A model generated the notes under the pieces. It did no database searches, was not told the origin of the DNA, and was given only the letters and a program-made list of their open reading frames with translations. Shown one piece after another: positions 63,401 to 64,000 of a stretch of 64,000 bases of DNA. Within the stretch, counting starts at the first letter, position 1; each line of letters begins with the position of its first letter. Location of the stretch: NCBI GenBank assembly GCA_023515725.1, contig JALDTO010000251.1, forward strand, positions 682,001 to 746,000, written 5' to 3'. The position numbers and the translations under genes were made by a program. This DNA is from Amoeboaphelidium protococcarum X5 (taxonomy: Eukaryota > Fungi > Aphelidiomycota).

Positions 63401-64000
63401 TCTAGATTAACTAATTATCACTTGCTTGGACCAAAACAGCATCAGAATCTGCAGTTTACTCCTTACTTGAATCTTTATTATTAGCCTTCAACCGCTTTGC
63501 ATGACGTTCTTTAAAAATCTTCTTCAGCTCTGACGAGAACTTACTAACAAAGAAATCACTCAGCCATTTAGAACACCAGCTAGAAGTGCTGCTGCCGCCA
63601 TCGAAAAGCGCAAATATATCCTCATTACTAGACGCCACTTTGAGCTTTTTCAGCTAAAACAACTTATCCTTGGAATGACTATCATCAACGTAGTCCTTAA
63701 TATCATCTTTAGCAGACTGCAATATCTTTCCGTCAAGCAGAACCAAGTCCCATATGTTCGACTAATCATGAGCATTAAGAGAATCGGAAATACCGTAAGA
63801 AACTATAGGTACAACATTGAGCTAATCATTAGTTGCATTTTATATAGTTCCCACCATCTAAGTATTGACATTCAATCCAGGAGAAAGAACTACACTATTG
63901 CCTGAGGGCGATGTTAGTGACTACTGATCAAGACCTGAGTCGGCTCCAATCTACTTTCGCCAATGCTGACTAGCACCACCAGAGGCATATACTCTAATAC
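60441..64000 (-). CDS. CYR1: Fungal-type adenylate cyclase Cyr1 (PP2C-like + cyclase domains; 5' part lies beyond the window)
   Basis: PP2C-like [39 protein letters not shown]. Cyclase [71 protein letters not shown]. Confidence 0.95.

Noticed and set aside
1-64000. Interpreting the many in-frame TAA/TAG as pseudogenisation or sequencing error
   Set aside because: The interruptions are only TAA/TAG, never TGA or frameshifts in the regions read. They fall at conserved Gln sites and affect essential genes.

Overview
This is gene-dense eukaryotic nuclear DNA that uses a non-standard genetic code. TAA and TAG read as Gln (translation table 6 type) and TGA is the only stop, which is why the supplied standard-code ORF track is fragmented. 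Re-read by hand with that code, the window holds about 34 protein-coding genes separated by short spacers. In order they are: WW-domain splicing factor (partial), SLBP, Tousled-like kinase, WDR48, CNNM/Mam3, GGT, Aha1, TFIP11, CHID1, a bacterial-type receptor adenylate cyclase, Far11/STRIP, HIBCH, Cgi121, SMIM4-like, DPM3, syntaxin, GT10 fucosyltransferase, SAPS, a P450, an AVT transporter, IMPACT, an orphan, RhoGAP, a second orphan, Rrp41, two tandem beta-propeller glyco-enzymes, CaMK, Munc13-like, EI24, DUSP, an LRR-like protein, Cks1 and a fungal-type Cyr1 adenylate cyclase (partial). Fungal-type genes plus UAR=Gln point to an aphelid such as Amoeboaphelidium protococcarum (inference). The most striking unexplained signal is in the introns: all 22 I could delimit start GTA and end GTAG (21 of 22 TGTAG, none CAG). 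This suggests an unusually extended, rigid 3' splice-site signal. No tRNA, rRNA, CRISPR or mobile element was recognised. Coordinates were derived manually. Long reading frames were checked at their ends and by frame consistency with the ORF track, not codon by codon throughout.
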